64,000 nt of DNA, from the NCBI RefSeq assembly GCF_009914755.1, contig NC_060927.1; one strand, given 5' to 3'. Both the position numbers and the translations under genes were made by a program. This DNA is from the human T2T-CHM13v2.0 reference genome, Homo sapiens. This document shows, piece after piece, positions 41,367 through 52,269 of the stretch. Below the pieces are notes generated by a model, which searched no databases, was not told where the DNA came from, and saw only the letters and a program-made list of their open reading frames with translations. Every line of letters begins with the position of its first letter. Positions within the stretch are counted from its first letter, which is position 1.

Positions 41367-42183
41367 ATGGTGGCTCATAGAGATGGAATGCAGAGGGTTG
41401 CAAAAGAAATCAGAAGTTTGGTTCCCAGGACAGTTTCCTAGATGAACTACTTTTCCTCCCAGCCCTCTCTCTCTTTACCGAGGGTGAGCAATACAAAAGG
41501 GGTGTGCTGCAGCTCCAGCTTTCAGAGTACCGCCACAGATCCACAGCCTGTCCTGATCTGAGAGCTGAGCCGATGCCTTTTCTTTCTGGCTGTGTCTTTT
41601 TACCTTCTGGACAAGTAGGATGAGGTGAAAGGAGCTGTCCTTCTAAGTCTTTGTATCTCCATTTGTCTGCAGTTTCTCCTCGGTCTCGTGTGTCTGTGTG
41701 TGCCAGTCCCTTGTGCTGACACAGGACGTCCCTTAAAGTCCAGTCCTGGCGATTTCTGAATCTCACTCTTTCCCTCTTTAAAGTTCCAGGATCCTTCTTA
41801 TCTCCCTTTCCCCCATAGTCTGGCTTAGTCTCTTTGTTTCCGGGCGTAAAAGCACTGGGATTAATATGTTTTCCAGGCTGAGGGAAAACACAGGAATGTG
41901 ATGTCGAAAAGGGACTTTTTTTTTCTTTCACTGTGCTTCTCTCCTCCCTTTATTTCTCCCTACCTTTTTCCTCCTCTTTTTCTTCTTCTTTTTCTTCTTT
42001 CTCTTGCCTGGATTCAGTCCCAGAAATGTTAGGACTACCTCAGTTTTGCTCCAAACCAAACTCAAACAACAGCAGCCACTGGAAATCAAGGAAACTTCAC
42101 TAAGAATTTAACAGATCAGCAAAACACCGCCTCCTTCCCATTTTAGCACGTTCAGAGTGGACTCAGTGAGGAGTGAGAGGGCT
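41367..42183 (-). other. CCDC80: CCDC80 non-coding exon 1 (5' UTR); 5' end approximate
   Basis: Consensus donor CAT|gtaagt at 41367, giving a 410-nt intron to the exon-2 acceptor. TATA-like TTTAAAAA about 30 nt upstream of about 42183. Start position inferred, partly from recollection of the annotation. Confidence 0.7.
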
Positions 42184-42215
42184 GTTCTTTGGGGTGGGGT
42201 AAAGTTTTTAAACTC
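42170..42215 (-). promoter_or_regulatory. Putative core promoter (TATA-like TTTAAAAA at 42212-42205; Inr-like CTCACTC)
   Basis: Motif spacing relative to the inferred exon 1; no CpG island present. Confidence 0.45.
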
Positions 42216-42742
42216 CACACATCATCATAAATCACTTTAGAAGAGGATGACTGGTGCCTTAACCCCTTCCAAACCAAGTCATCGGGGTAACTTCTCTTCC
42301 AGTCTGTTCTTACACTGTACTTTGGAAGGAGAAAATTCTCAGATTTCTGCATCAGGCTACATTCTTTTCTTAGAGACAGATACTCATTTGGGTCAGGGTG
42401 CTTGGCTGTGCTGACACAGACAGTATATATGTATTTATAGTCCCATGTGTATATTCTTATATCTTTCTCCCTGCTTTGTGCTTTTAGTTTGAGGTTGGAA
42501 AAGCCCATGGAAAACATGACTAGGTTGTTTTTATTTTATGCTAATTGGGGATCATATTACTGTGTTCTTGGTCCTAGTTTCTCCTCGGCATGGAAGGAAG
42601 CTGGTAAAAGGTTAGAAATGCAGGCAATGGCTGCAAGTCGAGATTGCAGTTGACTGTTACATCAGGGAACAGGCATTATGATCTCTAGCTTCAAAGCTCT
42701 GGCTGCAGATGGTAGACTAAGGGCTCCCTTGGAGGTCCCGAG

Positions 42743-42767
42743 TGTGTGTGTTTGTGTGTGTGTGTGT
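42743..42767. repeat. (GT)n microsatellite about 0.6 kb upstream of the TSS
   Basis: tgtgtgtgtttgtgtgtgtgtgtgt. Confidence 0.85.
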
Positions 42768-43499
42768 AGTGCAATATTTTCCTCTGCAGAGACTTTAGAT
42801 GTCTGAAGGGCTTTAGGCAATCCATAGAAGTAGACTTATCAGGTTCTGAAAGAGAGAGTGAGGCAGCTTTGGGATTCCACCTCCTGAGTCTGCCATAAGG
42901 ATTCAATGGAGAAGGAAGGGGTCTCAGGTTACGTGGATATTTCTTCCGGCCATGCTGGGCGAGCTGACTCTCCATGTCACTATTAACTGCCACCAACAGT
43001 GACAAGCCAGGGTTCTCAGAAACCTCCTTGCCAGCTCAGTCATGCTAATAGCGTCCCTCACTGGATCAAACTTCATCCCTAGTTGTTATGCCTTGATCAG
43101 CCCCATCTTGCCCTGGTCACATTTGACTTTTTTCACATAAGCTACGAGCATGGAACTGAGAAAGTCCTGTATAGAGGTTAACTATAGAGTTGCCCGGCCA
43201 CACCTTGAAGTCCCAGGGGTACCAAGAAGGATGGCCAGCCCTGCTGTGGCATTCTCTCAGACACTTGTAAGGATAATAACAAAAGTGGGCTTCAGGCAGA
43301 GACCCTCTGTCCACTGGAGTCATAGATTGCAGCCTTCGTGGTATTCACCTGTTGGGTTGATCAACCTAGCCTTGTGCTAAGTTGGAGGGTCCTAGATGTT
43401 ACTTCCTTTCTCATAATTTTCTAAGGCGTCCTACACTATCCTTACTGAGCTTTCTCCCTTCTGGCTTTTCATTTCCTCTTCTCTTCTCTCTGCTTATAA

Positions 43500-43705
43500 C
43501 AACTACCATTTATTGAGCATTTACATGTGAAGCTTTGGGCTTAGTATTTTTGTGAATTCTTTTATTTAACCCTCACAGTATCCTTAGAAAGTAAACAGAA
43601 TGATCCTCATTTTATAGATGAGCAAACTGAGGCTTGGTGAGTTTAAATAAATTGCCTATTGTCCCACAAAAGGTAAGCAGTAGCTCTGAAATTTGAACCC
43701 AGGTT
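43500..43705 (-). mobile_element. MIR (one of many; others near 121-215, 14040-14240, 15840-16050, 18960-19170, 29540-29680 and 35860-36040)
   Basis: CCTCATTTTATAGATGAGCAAACTGAGGCTT...ATTTGAACCCAGG core. Confidence 0.75.
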
Positions 43706-44121
43706 TAGAACAGCCTACAAAGCGTGATGCTATCCTGCCTCTCTCTTTAATTTTCTACTCATACCTTCAGTTTTTTCCCTTCCTTCAATTCCTTTTTGCA
43801 TTTCCCACATTCGTAGAAGAGTTTCATTTATTTGTTCAACCAGAGTACTTACACTTTTAGAGTCCTACTGTCTGGGATAATTGTGTAACTGTACTTTTTG
43901 CTTTTCTCAATAGGTCCTTAAAGCCCTTTATTATTTTTCTTGAATAAGTCATGACTTACACAAACCTCTCCATGATGTGCACAACATTTGTCACCTGTGC
44001 GCTGGTAAAGCTGAAATACAGCCACTTTAGCAACCCCGAATTGACCATGAGGAGCCACCCCAACCCTGGGTTGTGCCTGTCTTCCTAGGACCTCAGGCTT
44101 TCTTCCCTCTGTGAGCTTCAG

Positions 44122-44136
44122 TCACCAGATGGCGCA
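44122..44136 (+). promoter_or_regulatory. Candidate CTCF site about 2 kb upstream of CCDC80
   Basis: TCACCAGATGGCGCA matches the CCASYAGRKGGCRS core except at position 1. Confidence 0.5.
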
Positions 44137-45590
44137 CTAAACACACACACCAGAGAGGACCTAACACTCCACCGCCGCCGTTAGTCCCCACCCCACACCC
44201 AACTCCTTCCCCCAGTCTCTTCTCACACACAGATACATACACACACACTGGCAAAGTGGGGCTTCTCATGCTTGTTTTCATCTCAATGCCTAAACGCTTA
44301 CCTGGGGCTTCAGAAAATCCTCCTGAAGAAGTATTGGAGGCACGTACCTAATAAGAGCAATGATAAATTCTCATTCATTCGTTTCCGGGGAGATCTATAA
44401 TGATTAATGGCTTGTAATAATTCTCAATTCCAAGTCCGTTATTTAAGAGCTCCATATTTTGTAAGTCCTCCATTTAGATCTTTCTATTTTTCTGCAACTG
44501 AAGAAACAATTAACCAATTAGTGCTAGGGGTTGGGGGAGGGTGGTGGGGGTTGGTGATATCTGAAAGGAAGACATTGATGTTGAGTCAGAAAAAGGTGAA
44601 AGGAAGAAAATGTTAAAGTAGACTTTAGAAATGCTAATTTGGGAATTAATTGATAGGAAACTACCTGACATTTGTTTTGTAGTAATTTGTGGGGAGGAAA
44701 GGAAAGAATGTACAAACTAGAACTGCTTTAGAGAAACTAGGGTGGGGATAGTTATTTGATGAAAGCTGGAGTGAATGTAAGAAGGCATCCAAAAAGGAGT
44801 GTGCTAACTGGTCAGACCCACACTAATCCAAGACTTCAGCAACCTGGGACCAAGGCTCAGGGTAACACGCTGTGACAGGCACGCTAGAGAAACCAGGGTT
44901 TCTGTCACATGCCGTTGGTTCTCTTGCACAAAGTAACACTCAGAGATGTTACTGAACTGAATTCTATTGCTAAAATAAAAAAGCATTTGCTTAAGAAGAA
45001 ACAAGAATAAAAAGAAAAGGAGGGGATAACAGCATGCTGTTCAGTGTGGTTTTGGAGGGAAACCACCTCTCCTGCTCTGTGATCATCAGTATCCCCAGCA
45101 AGAAAATTAGCTGAGCCATTTTATCACACCTTTGTGGCAGAAGCACAGACAATACTCACACTGAGGAGGCTATGTGTTTTTCCTTCCCATTTGCAGAACT
45201 CAATCAAATGTTCAGTCTTAGGCTGCATTTGTGTCCTTCAGAATGAAAAAAGAATTCTTCTCTTTCTCAGTATTTTCAGTGTAGGACAGACTAAATAAAT
45301 AAGTTGCCAGGTCAGAGAGAAAGCCAAAGATGACTATTAATGCAGGGTGCTGCTGCAGCCCAGGTGATACCAGTGAGCTGGGGGTTTCCCAGGTGCCAGT
45401 GGGACCTTGACCCCAGCCAGTGTCCAGGCTCTTGACACTGTCAAAAGAATGAATTCAAGGATATTCTAATCTGCCACGTCAAGAGTCTCCTCAATTGTGT
45501 TGACCATGCCTTTTATGGGAGCTGCCAGGGACCTCAAGCCCCTTCAGTCTCAGTTATGGCCATTACGGCACTGGGTGGCCTCCTCTCCCT

Positions 45591-46103
45591 TCAGAGCTGA
45601 GAGCAATTCCTTTTCCAATGGCCCTCCTGCTTGCAGTGAGGACAGGGTCTGGGTGGGCTCCCTTGGCTGGGACAGTCCTTTCTCCAGTGTCCTGACTTCT
45701 CACACTTGGAGCAGCAACCGTTGCCTGCAGGTTTGCTGTTGAGCCTGTTTGGTCTGCGGTGAAGCGTCTTCCTGGGTGACCCTGAGGTTGCAGGGCACTG
45801 TTTACAGTGACTGCTAATCATTTGGGCTGGCTGTCTATCCCATTTTTTGCCATTCTGGGTCATTTCAGCCATTTTAGCTCTGTCCCTATTATTGAATACC
45901 CCAAAAGCCACACCAAACATTTCATTAATAGGTGTGTAGAGTTCCAAAGCCAATTTCTGTAATGTTCTTCTTATGTCAGGTGCTGACTGGCTAATAAAGT
46001 GTGTCTGTAGAAAAATTTGGCCAGCGTCAGTACTGAGATCAATGTTAGTATATGTTCTTAGGTCCTCCACAAAGGTGCCCCTGAAACAAAGCTGAGTTTT
46101 CAT
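45591..46103 (-). pseudogene. Retroviral gag remnant ORF (capsid C-terminus plus two CCHC zinc knuckles), 170 aa
   Basis: FISQSAPDIRRTLQKL is the gammaretroviral-like p30 motif. CSKCEKSGHWRKDC and CPHCKQEGHWKRNC both fit CX2CX4HX4C. Confidence 0.88.
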
Positions 46104-46329
46104 CCTTTTCTTATTTATCTTATTTTATTACAGTTCGCGGGCTTAGTGGTATATTGTTTCATTCCCTCCACCAAACAAGTCACCATATGATTTTTCTTAG
46201 ATCAACCTGGTCCTGTTGATAGTTCCAGTAAGGGTCATTGCTAGTCACGGATGTGGCCCCCACAGTGTATCGTTCAGGATCCCCAGCAGACAAGCTGTAA
46301 GCATAAGCCTGGGTGCTTTTTCTTTACTC

Positions 46330-46621
46330 TTTTTTTTTGAGACAGAGCCTCGCTCTGTCCCCCAGGCTGGAGTGCAGTGGTATGATCTCGGCTCACTGCA
46401 ACCTCTGCTCCCGGGTTCACACCATTCTCCTGCCTCAGCCTCCCGAGTAGCTGGGACTACAGGCGCCCGCCACCACACCCAGCTAATTTTTTTTTGTATT
46501 TTTAGTAGAGACGGGGTTTCACCATGTTAGCCAGGATGGTCTCGATCTACTGACCTCGTGATCTGCCCACCTCCACCTCCCAAAGTGCTGGGATTACAGG
46601 CATGAGCCACCACGCCTGGCC
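46330..46621 (-). mobile_element. AluY inside the ERV
   Basis: GGTTCACACCATTCTCC and GTTAGCCAGGATGGTCTCGATC diagnostics. Confidence 0.92.
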
Positions 46622-47909
46622 CTCTTGATCCCTGTTTTTTCAGGATCTTATTAGGCCATAGCTTCCGAAGCTATTTCAAGCTTCATTTTGCTAGTCATGT
46701 GAAACTGCTGCTTGGAATTTTCTAATCTCCTCCAACCACCCTGTATTATTCCTTTCTCACAGGGATGTTCTGAGAAAGCGTAACCCCCAAAAGAAACACT
46801 TAGTATTGTCCATGAAATGTCAACAAAGTCACATGTTTAATCCAAAATTGAAGGAAACTGTGTACTTTAAAAATAAAAGTTACCTAATGGGATAATGGTC
46901 AAAGCTCTTGAGAACAGTTGTTAATATTCTTTCTTTATGCATTTATTTTTAATTACTTAGAGTTTGCTGGGGAAACCTTGTAGGCACCTTTTTGTCCCTG
47001 TAGCAGGTTGCTTAATTAAGAAAATGTCCATCTCCTAGCTAGTACAAATTAAAGATCTTGCCCTAGCAGAAATTAAGGAGCTGTGTGAATGGCCCAAAGA
47101 TTCATTTTAAATCTCCAGAGTGAATGATTTAAAGTTCAATTATTTATTGGTTGTTATTTTATGTAAAAGATGTGAACTTGTGGGCATATGAATTTGCTGC
47201 TTGGGGGACTAGTGCTTGGGTCTGGAAGGGGTGGATTTAAAGTCTTTATCATTGGTTATTTAATGCATACAAAAGATTTACATCGATTGGATCTGAAGGA
47301 GAACATTCCAATTGTACCTCTCTCCGTGCCCTTAGGTATGGCCAAGAAGATAAAGATGATATAATTTTTTTCTCCTTTTTTTCAATCCTTCTCTCAAATG
47401 TTTGGCAAAAATGCAGACTGCGCACCGGGAATGACACAGAACCAAGCAGACTCTCCCCTCTAGAAGTTCACAGCCCATTGGAGAAGATAAATATTATACT
47501 CTCCACAGCAGTGCTGCCAACTTTCTCTGCATGTAAAAGTTCAGTGCTGACTATGGCTGCAGCCAGTATGCACAGAGTTCATTTCTGTTGGAGAATTTGC
47601 CTCTTCAATTCCTTGAGCAGGCTTTCCACAGAAGGAGGCTTGCCATGGCAGCAACTGTGTGTCACCTATAAGATCTTGCTTGGTATGTCCTTTTGGCTGT
47701 GGAGTCCCCTAGAGTCCCAGATACTCTTGTCTGGCAGACAAGTGTTGTATCTCATTTTCCCAGTCCCAATTTCGGCCCGGCACCTGTCCTGCTAGGATTG
47801 CCCTATCCTTTAGTGGTCGGTTCACTGTACTGACCTTGCATGGCAGGTCTTGACCACATCACTCAGAATATCACCTTACATCAGAAAGTGTGAACCAACA
47901 GGATGGCAG

Positions 47910-49030
47910 CTCATTCATTCGACAAATATTTACTCAATGCAAGGCACTATTCTACTCACTAGGGATACATAAATGAACATTCCCTGACTCCCGGGAGCTT
48001 ACATTACAACGGTGGGAAACAGACAATAAAAATAAAAACAAAATACCTAAGCCTACATACGTACTTGAAAGAGTTTTTTTTGTTGTTTTTTTGTTTTTTG
48101 TTTTTTAAAGGGAGGGAGTAAATGTTGATGAAGGGGAAGAGGCCATTTTAGATACCCTTATCCAAAGAAAAGGATTTTAAGTGAGAATGGAAAGCAAGTC
48201 ACTCAAGTATTGGGGGAGGGGAAGAACATTCAGAGTAGAGGGAATGGTGAGTGCACAGGCACTGACACCCGGGCTATTTCACAAGCTTGTTCCAGAAGAG
48301 CAATGTTGGCCGATTTTAAGCAAGGATGTGGCAAAGCTTGATATGTGACTTAACAGGAATGCTAGGAATGCTGCCTGGAGAATAGAGTGTGGCTGCAAGA
48401 ATGACAACAGTTAACCAACTGGTGAGGAAGATAATGTAGTGGTACAAGTGAAAGGTGCAGTCTATTGAACCAGCGTGCTAGAAGCACGGTAAGTGCAGAA
48501 AAGTCACTCGATGTGGTATATATTTTGAAAACAGAGCTGACAGAAGCAGTTTGGGGCAGAAAGAATCAAATGTTTTGTTTGAAATTCCCATCAGACACTC
48601 TGATACAGATGTCAAGCAAGCAGTTAGATACATGAGTCTGGACTTCGAGGAGGACTGAGGCTGGAATTATAAATTCGAGAGGCTATTTAAAGCAAGCTTG
48701 CCCAACCCGTGGCCCATGGGCTGCATGCAGCCCAGGGTGGCTTTCAATGTAGCCCAACACAATTTGTAAACTTTCTTAAAACATAGAGATTTTTTTTTAC
48801 TTTTTTTTTTTTTTTTTTTTTTTTAGCTTATCAGCTATCGTTAGTGTATTTTATATGTAGCCCAAGACAATTCCTCTTCTTCCAGTGTGGCCCAGAGAAG
48901 CCAAAAGATTGGACACCCCTGATTTAAAGCCTAAGGCTAGAAGAAATTACTTAGGGACTGGTAGAGGAAGAAAAAGAGTAAAGGACATGAAAGAGGAACA
49001 GCTAGTGTGATGGGAGAAAGGCAGGAGCAC
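47910..49030 (-). mobile_element. L2 fragment
   Basis: TCATTCATTC..AAATATTTA 3' end in reverse, followed by typical decayed L2 body; boundaries approximate. Confidence 0.6.
48693..48921 (-). mobile_element. MER30 (hAT-Charlie MITE) nested in L2
   Basis: CAAGCTTGCCCAACC...GCCAAAAGATTGGACACCCCTG. Perfect 8-bp TSD ATTTAAAG at 48685-48692 and 48922-48929. Confidence 0.9.
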
Positions 49031-49573
49031 GCAGTGTTTTCAGTAGCCGGCAGCTGGGACCATGTTACTTCTTTGGCCGTTTCTCCACAGGTCCTTGCTA
49101 CATGTGTCCAGATTCAGCTTATTCATCAGTGTCCAGGCCCTGCATCACCTCCTCCACAGGGTTTCCCCGATGCTCCAACCCAGATGGCTCTCTCTTCTCT
49201 GAGAAGCAATTCTGTAGAGCATCACTCCTCTGATCTTTTTGTACTTCACGCATAAGTTCGTGTTCTCCTAAGCAGATCTTTAGCTTCTAAGAACATGGAT
49301 TAGTGTTACATTATTTTGCATCCTTCTTATCATTCTGGTATATAGTAAAGGTGCAAAAATTTTAAGTGCATGTCAATCAAATACATTTAAAAACAAAGAC
49401 GGAAAAATCCCAGAAGGCAACCCAACTATGAACTATCACTTTAAAGAAGGAAAGAAAAGAAGAAAAAAACTCGACACTGCTATTGAGCCAGGGAGTCTCT
49501 TTAGCCTCTATGTACTAAATAATAAGAGTAGAAACAGAAGACATATCACTGTAAATCATCAAAATTAAACCTC

Positions 49574-49910
<337 letters not shown>

Positions 49911-51249
49911 TAGAACTTTTCCATTATCTCAAACTGAAACTTGTGACCCACTAAACAATAACTTCCTGTTCTCCCTTTTCCTTAGCCTCTGGTAACCACT
50001 ATTCTGCTTTCTGTTTCTTTGAATTTGACTGCGAATAGTTATTTTTAATGAATGAAATGTGCCTACCACAATGCTAATACTCAGTTAATGGTGGAGGAAA
50101 TAATACCTGCACAAGAGCAGTCATAAACTCTTAACATCCAGCCTAAGGCAAAAGTCTATCAAAACAACATAGATGGCATGCATCTGTAGTTCCAGCCACA
50201 AGGGACGCTGAAGTGGAAGGATCGCTTGAGCCCAAGAGTTTGAGGCTGTAGTGAGTTAGGATCACACCACTGCATTCCAGGGTCAGAAGGAACTCAAGGG
50301 TTAGACAAAAGTGCTAAGCATCTAACACAAACAGAAATTACTGAAAAACAGGAGATTTACCTGTTAAGTATTAAGTATTACCATGCCAATTTGTCATGAA
50401 ATCAGAAGCCAGGGCAATATGTTCCAGTTGGTCTTCCAGCCAACAGACTCATCCTCTCTAATCCATCCTCCAGTGGCCATCACTATAATTTTCCTAAAAT
50501 ATCAGTGTTTCATTCCTGTGGCAAATTCCTCAACAGTTTTCTTATTGCCCTCAAGTTACATTTCAGCATCTTAATGAGGCTCACAAGCCCTCCCACGGTC
50601 TATTTCACTTGTATCTTGTTGGCTTCCCTACACTCTTGCATGACTACTCTTCAGACCAGCTCTCTCACCAATCCTAGGATACCTCCTCTCTCATATCTTG
50701 GCATTCATGGTTATAATATTCCTTCCATCTGGAAAGCTCCTCCCTCTTCACTCTGGATCTGCCTGTTAATTTTTATTTACCCTTCAAGACTCTACTCAAA
50801 TGTCATGTCATAACACTTAGAATAATTTTCTGGCTTCTCCCTGACCAAACTGAATTTGGTGCCCCTCTCTATACCTCTATAAGAACCTGTGGGTTTCACT
50901 TTTTAATGTGTATCATTTCTAGTCTGTTCCTCTACTCTAAATGTTAAGCAATTTGAAGGTAAGGACTGTGTCCTCACCATCTAGCACAGTTTGATTAGCA
51001 GATGGTAAACTCCCAATTACAATTCATTGAATGAGTGAATGGTATAACAAATACATGCAAACTCATAAGCTTTGTATTCAAGGCAGCATTTCAGAGTAAG
51101 CAGAGAACTGTTTTCTAGTTTAGTCAGAAAAGGAAACTCAGTGATTAAGCAAACATTGATAACTGTTAAATATAAATGTGAGAATCTCTGACTATGCCTA
51201 GGTATTTGTATTTTATTTCTTTAAACTCACCCAAAGTTCAGCATTACTT

Positions 51250-51450
51250 AAATATATTACATTTATATTTATATCTATATCTATCTACACATACAACAAA
51301 TATATGTGTTTACAGATATACACATATCTGTAAATATGTATATATACATATAATCTAAACACACAAGCAAATATATATATATTTGTGTGTGCAGATAGAA
51401 ATATACACAGATACATATATATATATATATATACACACACATATCTGTAA
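51250..51450. repeat. (TA)/(CA)-rich low-complexity repeat
   Basis: Read directly from the sequence. Confidence 0.8.
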
Positions 51451-51589
51451 ATTGCTGTACCTATAAGGTTCACACTTAGTGTTGCTATTATCTCATTCTT
51501 GCAAGGAATAGTTTTTCTTCTCATTGAATACAATGATATATTTTTTACTCCATGGCCCTTTCAAATATGTGCCAAGTAACCAGTCAGAT

Positions 51590-52015
51590 ACTGTGAAATG
51601 ACGTAGTGTGATTTCTGAGCATAGGTCATAAAAGCCACTGTGACTTCTGTTTTTCCCTTCTTGGATAACTTGCTCTGAGGGAAGCTAACTGCCATCCTGT
51701 GAAAACACTCAAGTAGCTCCTTGGAGAGCTCCATGTGTTAAGGAAATGAGGCTTCCTGGCAACAGCCAGCACTGACTTGTCTGCCTCATGAGTGGGCCAT
51801 CTCAGAAGCACATTCTCTAGCTCCATTCCAGGCTTCGGGTAACTACAGCCCTAATGAACTTCTCAACTGCAACCTCATGAGAGACCCCAAGACAGAACCA
51901 CTCAGTTATGCTGCGCCCAAATTCTTGACTTACAGAAACTATGTGAAATAATAAATGTCTATTGCTGCTTTAAGTTTGGGGGTAGTTTATTATGTAGCAA
52001 TAGATAACTAATATC
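51590..52015 (+). mobile_element. MaLR LTR (MLT1F-like)
   Basis: GCTCTGAGGGAAGCTAACTGCCAT...GGCAACAGCCAGCAC...CTGCAACCTCATGAGAGACCC...ATGTAGCAATAGATAACTAATA. Confidence 0.75.
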
Positions 52016-52141
52016 CTTGATATATACGTTGGGGAAGTTCACACATTTTTAAAAACACAAAGAATGTTTAAAAGCAATTGAAAGTAATAAAAAATTCATA
52101 GAATTGACTCCATTGTTGGGTTGCAAAGAAGACATCAACTT

Positions 52142-52269
52142 GAGTAATCTTTTCATTATTATCCAAACCAGGATTCTGAGAGTGAAAGAGGAACACTTTT
52201 AATAATTAAAAGAGAACACCAGGTATAAACTGATATGGTTACAGGAAAACCAGGACATGCAGTCACCCT
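52142..52269 (+). mobile_element. MER81-like hAT-Blackjack MITE
   Basis: ATCCAAACCAGGA..TGAGAGTGAAAG...AAACCAGGACATG..GTCACCCTA. Confidence 0.6.

Larger units (their letters stand above)
45365..46759 (-). mobile_element. Internally deleted ERV1 provirus (MER66-like LTR ends plus gag fragment)
   Basis: Minus strand begins TGAGAAAGGAATAATACAGGGTGG at 46759 and ends ...GGTATCA at 45365. Perfect 4-bp TSD CAGG at 45361-45364 and 46760-46763. Gag CA/NC remnant inside. Confidence 0.8.
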
